Assembly: GCA_041946735.1 (NCBI GenBank)
Contig: JBHGAY010000003.1
Location: 1 to 64,000, forward strand
Reading direction: 5' to 3'
Source: Candidatus Eiseniibacteriota bacterium
GTDB lineage: Bacteria > Eisenbacteria > RBG-16-71-46 > CAIMUX01 > VGJL01
DNA: 64,000 nt
Part shown: positions 29,879-39,747 of the stretch, in pieces
How positions within the stretch are numbered: position 1 is the first letter of the stretch
Layout of the letters: each line of letters begins with the position of its first letter
The notes under the pieces: generated by a model
Databases searched by the model: none
Told to the model about the DNA's origin: nothing
The model's input: only the letters and a program-made list of their open reading frames with translations
Program-made: the position numbers and the translations under genes

Positions 29879-31426
29879 TCAGCGCGCCGGAATCGCTGCC
29901 TCGGGCTCCGCGGCCAGGATCCGGCGAGCCGCGTCCACTCCTGATCGCAGGCCCCCCTCCATGTAGCCGACGAAGGCGTAGCAGGTGTGCTCGCCGGCGA
30001 AATGCAGCCGGCCGCTCCCCCTCTCGAACATGGGACCGATCGACGTCACCTGCCCGGGGGCCGGGAACGAGTAGCCTGCCATCACCCAGGGATCGGACGG
30101 CCAGTCCATGAAACGAGACGAAGTGCGCTGCTCCATGTAGCCGGGGTAGAGCGCCTGCAAGTGCTTCGCGATCCTCGCTTCGCGCTCGGCCGCGGGCATC
30201 GCGCGGAGGCGGTCCGCCGGAGGCCCTCCGGAGAAGCCGACGATGGCGGCGCCCGCGCCGTCCAACTGGTTGTCCGTCCCTTCCCACGTCATGCTGACCT
30301 CGGAGTCGGACAGGCTGTCCGGCGCGCGGTCGAGCGATCGCCAGAAGCGATCCCGCACGCCGGCGAGGACTTTCACATTCGTCCCCATTTGAGGAGCGAG
30401 GCCCGGAGGCAGCGGAGGAGTGAAGCGGATCTTCGACCAGACGCTCGCGGGGACGGCCAGCACGGCTTCGTCGGCGCGATGGACCTCGCCGGCGCTCGTG
30501 AGCGCGACGATCTCCGCCTCTTCTTCGCGGACCTCGAGCACAGGACTCGCCAGGCGGATGCGCTCGGAGCCGATCGCGTGGGCGAGGGCGAGCGCGAGGC
30601 CCTGGTTCCCGCCGCGGCAGCGGTAGACCTCGCTGTCGGTCCAGTACCGCTCGACCCCTCCCCCCTTCACCTGCGCGAGATTGCCGAGGTAGCTCTGCCT
30701 CTCGAGGGCGACGCCGTTGTCCGCGGTGAACTGGACCTCGAGCGCCCGGCGCGTGAGCGGGCTCACGGAGAGCGAGCGTAGCCAATCGGAGGTCGGCCGA
30801 AGGTCGAGAGCGCGCGCGCCGGGCGAAAGCCACGGCCTCTCTGCATCCACACGCCGCGCGTCGGCGTTCATCGTCGCGAGGGCGCTTGTCATCTCCTCGT
30901 AGAGCGCCTCCTCCTCGTTCCAGGCCAGGATCCTGCCGTCGAGGAGGATCGGCGCCTGGGCTTCGTCCTCGGTGACGTCGAGGAACTCGAGGCCGAAGCG
31001 ATCCGCGTAGGCGATCCAAATCGGATGATTCGAGCCGATCAGCTCCGCCCCTCCTTCGACCGTCTTCCCGGGCACCAGATCGTGGAAGCTCAAGACGCGG
31101 CCGCCCACCCGATTGCGGGCCTCGAGGATCGTGACGTCGTAGCCGCTCTGGAGCAGCTCCCAAGCGCATGCGAGCCCGGCGAAGCCGCCGCCGAGCACCA
31201 GGATCCTGCGGCCGGCTTCACGCCGGCGCCTCAAGGTCGACCCGCGCATCCCCCAGCCCTCGTTCGCGCCGCGGGTGCGCGTCCCCGACGGAAGGCTCGT
31301 CGCGCAAGAGGCGGCGAGCAGACCGGCCGAGGCGGAGAGCATCGTCTTCAAGACCTGGCGGCGTGTGACGGCCGACTCGCGCGGTCCGTGCCGTCGATGA
31401 AGGCGGGCGTAGAGGGAGCGGGACAT
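29879..31426 (-). CDS. Flavin monoamine oxidase family protein, Tat-type signal
   Basis: TRRQVLK twin-Arg; GGGFAGL; EARNRVGGR; FAGEHT; GYMEGG. Confidence 0.9.
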   Translation of the reverse strand: MSRSLYARLHRRHGPRESAVTRRQVLKTMLSASAGLLAASCATSLPSGTRTRGANEGWGMRGSTLRRRREAGRRILVLGGGFAGLACAWELLQSGYDVTILEARNRVGGRVLSFHDLVPGKTVEGGAELIGSNHPIWIAYADRFGLEFLDVTEDEAQAPILLDGRILAWNEEEALYEEMTSALATMNADARRVDAERPWLSPGARALDLRPTSDWLRSLSVSPLTRRALEVQFTADNGVALERQSYLGNLAQVKGGGVERYWTDSEVYRCRGGNQGLALALAHAIGSERIRLASPVLEVREEEAEIVALTSAGEVHRADEAVLAVPASVWSKIRFTPPLPPGLAPQMGTNVKVLAGVRDRFWRSLDRAPDSLSDSEVSMTWEGTDNQLDGAGAAIVGFSGGPPADRLRAMPAAEREARIAKHLQALYPGYMEQRTSSRFMDWPSDPWVMAGYSFPAPGQVTSIGPMFERGSGRLHFAGEHTCYAFVGYMEGGLRSGVDAARRILAAEPEAAIPAR

Positions 31427-31630
31427 TCGGCTGCCAATCCTTTCCGATTTGAGGCGGCGGGCTCGCGGGGGCGGCCGCCGGCTCTTGCCGTTCGTCGTCC
31501 TCCGGAAGACGGAGCCGGAAGAAGGAGCCGGCAGGCTAGCACGCGGACGAAGGAACGCACAGGACCGACATCCTTTCGGCGCCCGGCCGCCGGGGGGGCG
31601 GGCGTCGCGGACAGCGGACCTCGCGACGAA

Positions 31631-32533
31631 TCAGACGACGGTCGGATAGAGGCGCGCGCCGAGCACGATCAGCGCGACCGTGATCCCGCCGAGCATGAGG
31701 AAGTCGAGGCCGAGCCCGAACTGGCTGGTGCCGCCGGCGAGCATCAGGGCGCGGAGGGCGTCGACTTCGTACGTCAGCGGATTGCCGTGGGCGATCACCT
31801 GCAGCCAGCGCGGCATCATCGCGATCGGGTAGATGGCGTTGCTCGCGAAGAAGAGAGGCATCGTCAGGACCTGGCCGATCCCCATGAAGCGCTCACGGGT
31901 CTTTACGATGCACGCGATGATGAGCGAGAAGGTCGAGAAGCAGGCGGCCCCGAGGATCACCGCTATCAGCACGCCAAGCAGGGCGAGCGGATTCCATCGC
32001 AGATCCACGCCGAGAAGGACGGCGAGCACGTAGATCAGGATCGTCTGCGAGCAGCCCCGAACGCCGGCGGACAGCGCCTTTCCGAGGACGAGCGCACCGC
32101 GCGGCGTCGGAGAGGCGAGAAACTTGTGCACGATCCCGAGGTCGCGCTCCCAGATGATCGCGATCCCGTAGAAGATCGCGATGAAGAGAACCCCCTGAGC
32201 GAGGATTCCGGGGGTCATGAAGTCGATGTAGCGCAGCCCGCCCGTCGGGATCGCGCGGGTGCGTCCCAGGACCTGGCCGAAGACGAGCAGCCACAGCACG
32301 GGCTGGACGGCGCGAGTGATCAGCTCCGTCGGTTCATGCCGGAGCTTACGCGCCTCCAGCTCGACGATCGCGAAGGTCTTGACCGTGAACTCGCGGAAGG
32401 CGCCCGCGGCGCGCGCCGCGATTCCCGCCGGCCGCCCGCCTGAGGCCTCCGGGGATGCGCCGGCGGAACCGGGCGCGGGTCTCGTCCGCTCAGCCGAGCC
32501 TTCGCGCAGTGCGTCTTGCCCGTGAGGTGTCAC
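31631..32533 (-). CDS. ABC-2 type permease
   Basis: YIDFMTPGILAQ, IIWERDLG, FFASNAIYP and NPLTY motifs. Confidence 0.92.
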   Translation of the reverse strand: MTPHGQDALREGSAERTRPAPGSAGASPEASGGRPAGIAARAAGAFREFTVKTFAIVELEARKLRHEPTELITRAVQPVLWLLVFGQVLGRTRAIPTGGLRYIDFMTPGILAQGVLFIAIFYGIAIIWERDLGIVHKFLASPTPRGALVLGKALSAGVRGCSQTILIYVLAVLLGVDLRWNPLALLGVLIAVILGAACFSTFSLIIACIVKTRERFMGIGQVLTMPLFFASNAIYPIAMMPRWLQVIAHGNPLTYEVDALRALMLAGGTSQFGLGLDFLMLGGITVALIVLGARLYPTVV

Positions 32534-33314
32534 GATAGCTTCCTCCCGTTTCGCCGTTGCCCAGCGCGGCCCCGGTGTAGTGCGCGAAGACGTCGTCGAG
32601 GGTCAGGACGGCGCTCTCCCCGGCGCCCCGTTCCCGCCGCACCGCTTCCTTCAGCTCCTCGGGGCTTCCGACGGCGACTTTCCGGCCGAGGTGCAGGATC
32701 GCCACCCGCCCGCAATACTCGTCGGCCTCCTCCATCGCGTGCGTCGTCAACAGGATCGTCGTCCCGTACTGAGCGCGAAGTCGCTCGACGTGCTCCCAGA
32801 CCGTCCTTCGCGCGGTCGGATCGAGCCCTACCGTCGGCTCGTCGAGGAACAGGAGGGCGGGACGGTGAAGCATCGAGCCGGCGACCTCGAGCCGCCGGAT
32901 CATCCCGCCCGAATAGGTGCGGACGAGCCGGTCGGCGGCGTCCGCGAGCCCGGTCATCTCCAGCGCCTCGCCGATCCGCGCGGTCCGCTCGGATCTCGGG
33001 ACGTCGTAGAGCTTCGAGAAGATGAGAAGATTCTCGCGGCCGGTCAGGGTGCCGTCTGCGGAGAGGAGCTGCGGAACGTAGCCGATCACGCGCCTGACTC
33101 GAGAGGGCTGCCGGACGATGTCGAATCCCGCGACCTCGGCCGTTCCCGCTGAAGGGGGCAGAAGCGTCGTGAGCATCTTGATGGCCGTCGTCTTGCCCGC
33201 GCCGTTCGGCCCGAGGAGCCCGAAAATCTCCCCCGCCTCGATGCTGATCGTCAGGCCGTCGACCGCCGTGATGGAACCGAACCGCCGCGTGAGCCCCTCG
33301 GTTCGCAGGATCAT
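32490..33314 (-). CDS. ABC transporter ATP-binding protein (DrrA-like)
   Basis: GPNGAGKTT, YSGGM, LFLDEPT and TTH motifs; start MILRTE overlaps the MarR stop. Confidence 0.93.
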   Translation of the reverse strand: MILRTEGLTRRFGSITAVDGLTISIEAGEIFGLLGPNGAGKTTAIKMLTTLLPPSAGTAEVAGFDIVRQPSRVRRVIGYVPQLLSADGTLTGRENLLIFSKLYDVPRSERTARIGEALEMTGLADAADRLVRTYSGGMIRRLEVAGSMLHRPALLFLDEPTVGLDPTARRTVWEHVERLRAQYGTTILLTTHAMEEADEYCGRVAILHLGRKVAVGSPEELKEAVRRERGAGESAVLTLDDVFAHYTGAALGNGETGGSYRDTSRARRTARRLG

Positions 33315-33754
33315 GCCCGATCCTCCTCGAACAGGCCGCGAAGCGCCTGCATCGCTCGAAGCATCTCGCCTCTCGCCTCCTGCGGCAGCGGGGAGAGACG
33401 GCGAGCGATCGATCGCCTCCCCGCCGCTCGGACGCGGCGCACCAGGTCCGCTCCCTCGCGGGTGAGGGACAGAGCGACCCGGCGACGGTCGTCGCGCGAC
33501 TCGACGCGGCGAACCAGGCCGCGGTCGACGAGTCCGTCCACAAGCTTCGACATCGACGGGAGGGTCAGGCCGATGTGGTCCGCCACTCGGGAAAGCGAGG
33601 ATTCGGGTTTCCTGCCGATATAGAGAAGGGTCCGGAACTGGGGGATCGTCAGGTCGGAGCCGCGGATGCGGCGCATTTCGCTGCGGATCGCCGCCATCAC
33701 GAGAGGCACCGTTTCGAGGATCTCCCGCGCGCAGGTTTCGGGCGTAGCCGGCAT
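33311..33754 (-). CDS. MarR-family transcriptional regulator
   Basis: LTIPQFRTL; wHTH SKLVDGLVDRGLVRR...DDRR...LTREG. Confidence 0.93.
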   Translation of the reverse strand: MPATPETCAREILETVPLVMAAIRSEMRRIRGSDLTIPQFRTLLYIGRKPESSLSRVADHIGLTLPSMSKLVDGLVDRGLVRRVESRDDRRRVALSLTREGADLVRRVRAAGRRSIARRLSPLPQEARGEMLRAMQALRGLFEEDRA

Positions 33755-33768
33755 GCTTCGTTCTCCTA

Positions 33769-33789
33769 ATGGTTCGACATTCGAACCAT
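33769..33789. promoter_or_regulatory. Candidate MarR operator overlapping the marR -10 element
   Basis: Perfect dyad ATGGTTCGA-CAT-TCGAACCAT; overlaps the minus-strand extended -10 TGcTATGGT (hexamer 33785-33790). Confidence 0.75.
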
Positions 33790-33964
33790 AGCACGGCGCG
33801 GGGCGTGCTTCCGCGTCGCTCCTCCGGATGCGCGCGCGCCCGGCTCCGCTCGCGCGTCGCCGGAGCGGGCGGTTGCGCGGGCGTGCGCGCGCAGCCCCCG
33901 GCGGAGTACCATGGGGCGCCAGCGCCGGGGCGGGCTGCCAGGGCGGGCTTCCGAGCCGCCGCCG

Positions 33965-34019
33965 GCCGCTGCCGGGCCGCTGTCGGGCGGCTGCCGAGTC
34001 GCTGCCGAGCCGTTGCGGA
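33965..34019 (+). repeat. Degenerate 11-bp tandem repeat x5 (consensus GCCGCTGCCGA)
   Basis: gccgctgccgg|gccgctgtcgg|gcggctgccga|gtcgctgccga|gccgttgcgga. Confidence 0.75.
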
Positions 34020-34077
34020 ACGGCCTGGGTGGGGAAGACTTCCCCGGAAACCGAAGACAGCGCGGAGATCGTCGAAG

Positions 34078-35358
34078 ATGAAACGAAAGCATTGGGTCGT
34101 CCTTCTCGCGATCGTGGTCGTCGCCGGCGGCGCGGGGGCCGGCGCCGCTCTACGCGGCCGCGGCGACAAGGCGCTCGAGGTCCAGACCTCCACCGCGGAC
34201 CGGGGCAAGATCGTGCAGAAGGTCAGCGCGACGGGGAAGATCCAACCGAAGACCAAGGTGGAGATCAGCGCGGACGTGAGCGCGAAGATCACCCAGCTCC
34301 CGGTCGTCGAAGGGCAGTGGGTCGAGAAGGGAGCGTTCCTCGTCGGGCTCGACCGCGAGCGGTACACGGCCGCGGTCGAGAGCGCGGAGGCGAACGTTCG
34401 CTCCGCCGAGGCTTCGGCGGAGCTGGTTCGCAGGACGATGGAACGCACCGAGAAGGAGTTCAAGCGAGCCCAACAGCTCCAGGGAACCGGGCTGCAGTCG
34501 GACTCCGACTACGAGGCGAAGGAGTCCGCCTATCAGGTCGAGGCGGCCCGCTACCAGTCCGTCCTCGATCAGGTCGCTCAGGCCAAGGCGGCATTGAAGC
34601 AGGCGAAGGACGATCTTTCGAAGACGAGCATCTACGCTCCGATGGCGGGAACGATCAGCGCCTTGAACAAGGAGCTGGGGGAAATCGCCCTCGGCTCGCA
34701 GTTCCAGAAGGACGTGATCATGATCGTCGCCGACCTGTCGGCGATGGAGGCGCAGGTCAACGTCGACGAGAACGACATCGTGTCGATCGACCTCGGCCAG
34801 GATGCCGAGATCGCGGTCGATGCGATGCCCGGGACGACGCTGCACGGGCAGGTCAGCGAAATCTCGAACAGCGCCAACCTGTCCTCGTCCGGGACGTTGG
34901 AGCAGAAGACGGAATTCGAGATCAAGATCGCGATCGCCGATCCTCCGCAGGCCTTGCGGCCGGGAATGACGGCAAGCGCGGAGATCCTGACGAAGACGAG
35001 CGAGAACGCGCTGCGCGTCCCGCTCCAAAGCGTCGCCGTCCGGACCATCGATCAACTCCTGAAGAGAGGGGAGAAGCGCGAGGATCTCGAGAAGCGCTTC
35101 CGGACGGACGAAGACGGTTTCGCCGAGATCGTCTTTCGCGTCGAGAAGGGCAAAGCGATCGCCGTCCCGGTGAAGACCGGCATCCAGAGCGACGAGTACA
35201 TCGAGATCCTGGACGGCCTTGCCGAAGGCGACGCGGTCGTTTCGGGCAGCTATCGAGCGATCTCCCGGGACCTGGAAAACGGGGGCGCCGTGACGGTGAG
35301 CAAGGAACGCAAGACGGTCCGCGAGCGGGAGGTCGCCGGTGATCCTCGGACGATGTGA
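34078..35358 (+). CDS. MacA-like efflux periplasmic adaptor subunit
   Basis: N-terminal TM anchor; VSATGKIQP, IYAPMAGTI, VDENDI and LRPGMTA motifs. Confidence 0.92.
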   Translation: MKRKHWVVLLAIVVVAGGAGAGAALRGRGDKALEVQTSTADRGKIVQKVSATGKIQPKTKVEISADVSAKITQLPVVEGQWVEKGAFLVGLDRERYTAAVESAEANVRSAEASAELVRRTMERTEKEFKRAQQLQGTGLQSDSDYEAKESAYQVEAARYQSVLDQVAQAKAALKQAKDDLSKTSIYAPMAGTISALNKELGEIALGSQFQKDVIMIVADLSAMEAQVNVDENDIVSIDLGQDAEIAVDAMPGTTLHGQVSEISNSANLSSSGTLEQKTEFEIKIAIADPPQALRPGMTASAEILTKTSENALRVPLQSVAVRTIDQLLKRGEKREDLEKRFRTDEDGFAEIVFRVEKGKAIAVPVKTGIQSDEYIEILDGLAEGDAVVSGSYRAISRDLENGGAVTVSKERKTVREREVAGDPRTM

Positions 35359-35411
35359 CGCCCGGCGCTCCACCCCGGGTCGCGCCTGAACGAGACCGGG
35401 ATGGCCCGCCG

Positions 35412-36650
35412 ATGAGACTCGCCACCGATCTCGGGACGGCCCTCGGCATCGCCTACGACGCCGTCCGAGCCAACAAAGTCCGCGGCGCGTTGACCACGCT
35501 CGGAATCATCATCGGCATCGTCGCCGTCGTGCTCACCATGACCGCCGCCAATGGGCTTCGCGATCGCTTTCGGGAGAGCTTCTCCGCCGTCGGCACCGAC
35601 GTCCTCTACGTCTCCCGGATCCCCTGGGTGACGATGAACGACTTCTTCCTCTATCGGAACCGGCCGAACATCGATCTCCGGGAGGCGCGGGCGCTCGAGA
35701 GGAACCTGCGAGGCAAGGCGCTGGTCAATCCATCCATCGAGGGGCGCCTCGATCTGAAGTACCGCTCGGAGGTCATGGAGGACGTCAGCATCATCGGGAC
35801 GACCGACAAGCAGACGCGAATGTCCAGCGCGCAGCCGCAGACCGGCCGCTTCCTGATCGCCTCGGACGTCGCCTTCAAGAAGAGGGTGTGCGTCATCGGC
35901 ACCGACGTGCGGGAAGGGTTGTTCGGAACGGCGGATCCGATCCAGAAGTCGATCAGGATCGGCCGGGCCGAGTTCCGTGTGATCGGCGTGATGGAGAAGC
36001 AGGGCGGCAGCTTCCTCGGCGGACCGAACTTCGACCGGCAGATCTTCATTCCGATCACCTCCTACTTGAGTGCCTTCGGCGGCGGCCACCGGCGGGAGGA
36101 CGTGAACGTCGCCGTGAAAGCGCCCTCGCCGGAGGCGCTGGCCGATCTGGAGTACGAAGTGACGGGGGAGATGCGAAAGATCCGCTCCCTCCGTCCGGCC
36201 GAACCGGACAACTTCGCAATCAACAAGCTTGACACGCTCGTCGGGTCGTTCAACAACGTGATGGGGATCGTCCTGCTGGTCGGCCTGCTCGTCACCAGCA
36301 TCTCCCTGTTCGTCGGCGCGATCGGGGTGATGAACATCATGTTCGTCTCGGTTACCGAGCGCACGCGCGAAATCGGGATCCGGAAGGCGATTGGCGCCAC
36401 CCGGAAGAGCATCCTGCTGCAGTTCCTGTTCGAGTCGGCGTCGATCTGCCTGCTCGGTGGGATCCTCGGCATCTGCCTCGCGGCGGTCCTGACCGCCGTC
36501 ATCGATGCGGTGCTCATGCCGGCGAGCCTGTCGATCCCGATCCTGATCGTCGCCGTCGTCATTTCGGTCAGCGTCGGAGTCTTGGCCGGCGTGGCGCCAG
36601 CCTACCGGGGCGCACGCATGGATCCGATCGAGGCGCTGCGCTATGAGTAG
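35412..36650 (+). CDS. MacB/FtsX-type ABC permease
   Basis: LTTLGIIIGI, MNIMFVSVTERTREIGIRKAIGA and DPIEALRYE motifs. Confidence 0.93.
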   Translation: MRLATDLGTALGIAYDAVRANKVRGALTTLGIIIGIVAVVLTMTAANGLRDRFRESFSAVGTDVLYVSRIPWVTMNDFFLYRNRPNIDLREARALERNLRGKALVNPSIEGRLDLKYRSEVMEDVSIIGTTDKQTRMSSAQPQTGRFLIASDVAFKKRVCVIGTDVREGLFGTADPIQKSIRIGRAEFRVIGVMEKQGGSFLGGPNFDRQIFIPITSYLSAFGGGHRREDVNVAVKAPSPEALADLEYEVTGEMRKIRSLRPAEPDNFAINKLDTLVGSFNNVMGIVLLVGLLVTSISLFVGAIGVMNIMFVSVTERTREIGIRKAIGATRKSILLQFLFESASICLLGGILGICLAAVLTAVIDAVLMPASLSIPILIVAVVISVSVGVLAGVAPAYRGARMDPIEALRYE

Positions 36651-36694
36651 GTCGAGTCGTTCCGCCATCGGTTCCTCTTCCCCGAGGGGTCGCC

Positions 36695-37942
36695 ATGCTC
36701 TTCCGTGACATCTTCGGGATGGCTTGGGCTGCGCTCGTCACGAACAAGCTCCGGTCCTTGCTGACCCTTGTCGGCATCATCGCAGGCGTTGCGTCGATCA
36801 TCGCCGTCATGACGGCGATCTCGGTCGTGCAGGGGACGATGGAGAAGGAGATGAGCGTCCTGGGCGCCCAGGTCTTCCAGGTGCAGAAGTGGCCGGCCGG
36901 CGGCTTCCACTCGGATCGCGAGCGGCGGAGAGCGCGCAATCGTCCTCCGATTACGCTGGAGAACGCGCAGGCGATTCGCGAACAGGTCTCCTCGGTGGAT
37001 CTGGTCGGCTGCGAGATCTGGGACTTCGGATTTCGTGCGGAGTACAAGGGGGAGAGCACCAACCCGAACATCGCGATCGTCGGCGGAACGCCGGAGTACG
37101 CCCCGAACAATACGCACTCGGTCGGGATCGGGCGAAACGTCTCGCAGATGGACGTGCGAAGCGCGCGAAACGTCGCCGTCATCGGTTACGCCATCGGCAG
37201 GAAGCTCTTTCCCTTCATCGATCCGATCGGGAAAAGCATCCGTGTCGATGGCCGCAAGTACGAGGTCATCGGGGTGTTCGACGAGAAGAAGTCGGCCTTC
37301 GGGGGGAACTTCGACAACTACGTCCTGATCCCCGTCTCGACGTTCGTCAAGACCTACGGGATGGTGGGGAGGGACGGCTTCACCCGCTCGGTGAACATTA
37401 CCGTGCGAGCGAAGACGCCGGCGCTGATCGAAGACGCCATGGAGCAGACGCGCCAGGTCATGCGCCACGAACGCCGCCTGAAGCCGAGCGAGCCCGATAA
37501 CTTCGACTTCTTCAGCAGCCAAAGCCTGATCACGCAGTTCAACCGGATGAGCCAGGGAGTCAAGATCGCGGCCTTCCTGATTGGGACGATCGCCCTGGTC
37601 GTGGCCGGCGTCGGGATCATGAACATCATGCTCGTGGCAGTCACGGAGCGGACCCGGGAGATCGGGATCCGCAAGGCGCTGGGAGCGAAACGGCGGAGTA
37701 TCCTCGCGCAGTTTCTTCTCGAGGCGGTCATCCTCTGCAACCTCGGCGGGGCGGTCGGTGTCGCGATCGGATTCGGGCTGGGCAACGCGGTGACGATGTT
37801 CACGCAGTTCCAGGCGCGCGTCCCGCTCGAATGGGCCGGGATCGGCCTGCTTTTCTGCAGCGCTGTCGGCGTCGCCTTCGGCTTCCTGCCGGCCCTCCGG
37901 GCGGCGCGCCTGCACCCGGTCGAGGCCCTCCGTTACGAGTGA
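36695..37942 (+). CDS. MacB/FtsX-type ABC permease (second copy)
   Basis: RSLLTLVGII, MNIMLVAVTERTREIGIRKALGA and HPVEALRYE motifs. Confidence 0.93.
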   Translation: MLFRDIFGMAWAALVTNKLRSLLTLVGIIAGVASIIAVMTAISVVQGTMEKEMSVLGAQVFQVQKWPAGGFHSDRERRRARNRPPITLENAQAIREQVSSVDLVGCEIWDFGFRAEYKGESTNPNIAIVGGTPEYAPNNTHSVGIGRNVSQMDVRSARNVAVIGYAIGRKLFPFIDPIGKSIRVDGRKYEVIGVFDEKKSAFGGNFDNYVLIPVSTFVKTYGMVGRDGFTRSVNITVRAKTPALIEDAMEQTRQVMRHERRLKPSEPDNFDFFSSQSLITQFNRMSQGVKIAAFLIGTIALVVAGVGIMNIMLVAVTERTREIGIRKALGAKRRSILAQFLLEAVILCNLGGAVGVAIGFGLGNAVTMFTQFQARVPLEWAGIGLLFCSAVGVAFGFLPALRAARLHPVEALRYE

Positions 37943-38007
37943 TTCGCCCGGGCGGGTGATTCGCTGGACGGGCGTGCCGGCGCGCATGGCGGCGCGCGTC
38001 CCGGCGC

Positions 38008-38036
38008 TTGACCCGCGGTCTTCCGGCGCCTACCGT
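38008..38036 (+). promoter_or_regulatory. sigma70 promoter giving a probably leaderless mRNA
   Basis: TTGACC-17 nt-TACCGT, then 8 nt to ATG 38045; no SD. Confidence 0.65.
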
Positions 38037-38044
38037 CCCGCCCG

Positions 38045-39121
38045 ATGAGCAGCCGCCCGACCGTCTACCTGCGTCGCGTCCCCCTGGGGGAACCCGCCTC
38101 CTGGCCGCATGCCGTCGAGTCGCTCCTCGACGCCTCCGGCCTCCTCGCCGATCTCGTAGAGCCCGAAGCCGAGGTGGCGATCAAGGTGCATGTCGGCGAG
38201 CCCGGCGTCGCCACGGCGCTGCCGGCCGTCGTCGCCGGAGCCGCGGCCGGCAAGGTTCGCGCTCTCGGCGGGCGCCCGTTCTTCACCGACACGGCGGTCC
38301 TCTACGGCGGTCCCCGGAGCACCGGTGTCGGGCACGCCGAAGTGGCGGCGAAGCATGGCTTCACGCTCGAAGATGCCGGAGCGATCTTCGTCCCCGCCGA
38401 CGGCATGCTCGGGAACCTCGAGATCGAGGTCGCGGTCGACGGCCGCCACTATGCGAGCGTCGGCGTCGCCGAGGCGGTCGCGGAGGCGAACGCCATGCTC
38501 GTCGTCTCCCACGCGACGGGCCACCTGCTGTCGGGATTCGGGGCGACGTTGAAGAACATCGGAATGGGTTGCTCCTCGAAGAAGGGGAAGCTCCTTCAGC
38601 ACAGCGAGACGAAGCCGTTCGTGAAGCAGGACCTCTGCGGATCCTGCGGACTCTGCGTCGTCCATTGCCCGACCGGCGCCCTCTCGCTCAACGGCGGCCC
38701 GGCGCGGATCGACGAGTCGCTCTGCAGCGGCTGCGGCGAATGCCTCGCCCAGTGCCGATCCGGCGCCATCGGATTCCGATGGGACATCGGCCCGGCCACC
38801 ATGCAGGAAAAGATGGTCGAGCACGCGCTCGGCACGATCCGCTCGCTCGATGGCAAGCTCCTCTACCTGACCGGGATCGTCAACGTGACGCAGCATTGCG
38901 ATTGCCTGCCCTCCGGCTCGCCGGTGATCGCCTCCGACGTCGGTTTCGCGCTCTCCAGCGATCCGGTCGCCCTCGACCAGGCCACCGTGGACCTCGTCGA
39001 AGAGGTGGCCGGAACCCGCCTGGACCGGCTGGCCTTCCCGCACCTCGATGGCTCCGTGCAGCTCGCGTACGCGGAACAGCTCGGGCTCGGCAGCCGGGAG
39101 TACGAGCTCTCCGTCCTCTAG
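38045..39121 (+). CDS. DUF362 domain protein with 2x[4Fe-4S] ferredoxin insert
   Basis: VAIKVHVGEPG, GATLKNIGMGC, two CxxCxxCxxxC motifs, CDC and DPVALDQA. Confidence 0.88.
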   Translation: MSSRPTVYLRRVPLGEPASWPHAVESLLDASGLLADLVEPEAEVAIKVHVGEPGVATALPAVVAGAAAGKVRALGGRPFFTDTAVLYGGPRSTGVGHAEVAAKHGFTLEDAGAIFVPADGMLGNLEIEVAVDGRHYASVGVAEAVAEANAMLVVSHATGHLLSGFGATLKNIGMGCSSKKGKLLQHSETKPFVKQDLCGSCGLCVVHCPTGALSLNGGPARIDESLCSGCGECLAQCRSGAIGFRWDIGPATMQEKMVEHALGTIRSLDGKLLYLTGIVNVTQHCDCLPSGSPVIASDVGFALSSDPVALDQATVDLVEEVAGTRLDRLAFPHLDGSVQLAYAEQLGLGSREYELSVL

Positions 39122-39165
39122 CCCGCCGTTAGCCCCGCCGCCGAAGTACGAGCTCTGCGTCCTCT
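39099..39165 (+). repeat. 21-bp direct repeat duplicating the 3' end of the DUF362 gene
   Basis: AGTACGAGCTCT(C/G)CGTCCTCT at 39099-39119 and 39145-39165. Confidence 0.85.
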
Positions 39166-39239
39166 GAATCCTGGCGCAGCTTCTGCTATCCTTGTCGCCG
39201 GCTTCCGGCTGCTCGAGCCGCAAGCAGAAGGAGGAGCCG

Positions 39240-39719
39240 ATGAGCATGGAAATCGTGCAAAGGGCGGCCGCGCAGGTGGTCGGGATCGCGGCCCGCATCG
39301 ATCCGACGAAGGCGGACTACGGCGAGCTGTGGGGAAAGCGGTTCGCCCCCCGCGAGGAAGAGGTCCGCTCTTTGACGGGCGCCCAGGGCTGCTGCGGGAT
39401 CTACTACGGCACCGGAGAGCCGGGCCAGGTGGACTTCGTCGCCGGCATGCTCGACACGAGGCCGTCGCAGGCCGCCGCGGGCGGCGCGGTCGCTTTGGCG
39501 AACGATCTGGTGCGTCGCGAAGTTCCAGGCGGCCAGTACGCCCACTTCCGCTGCACCCTGGCGACGATCGGATCGACGTGGCACCGCATCTACGGGCAGG
39601 AGCTCCCCGGTTCGGACTATGCCGAAGACGAGGGACGTCCCTGCCTGGAGGAGTATCCGCCGGACGCGCGCGGGCCGGACACGCCGGTCTCGATCTACGT
39701 CCCGATCCGGCCGAAGTAG
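39240..39719 (+). CDS. GyrI-like small-molecule-binding domain protein
   Basis: VVGIAAR, LW..F, VPGGQYAHF, IYGQELP, LEEY and SIYVPI motifs; SD AAGGAGG. Confidence 0.85.
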   Translation: MSMEIVQRAAAQVVGIAARIDPTKADYGELWGKRFAPREEEVRSLTGAQGCCGIYYGTGEPGQVDFVAGMLDTRPSQAAAGGAVALANDLVRREVPGGQYAHFRCTLATIGSTWHRIYGQELPGSDYAEDEGRPCLEEYPPDARGPDTPVSIYVPIRPK

Positions 39720-39747
39720 GCCGATCCGGACGAGATAGCCGGCGAGC

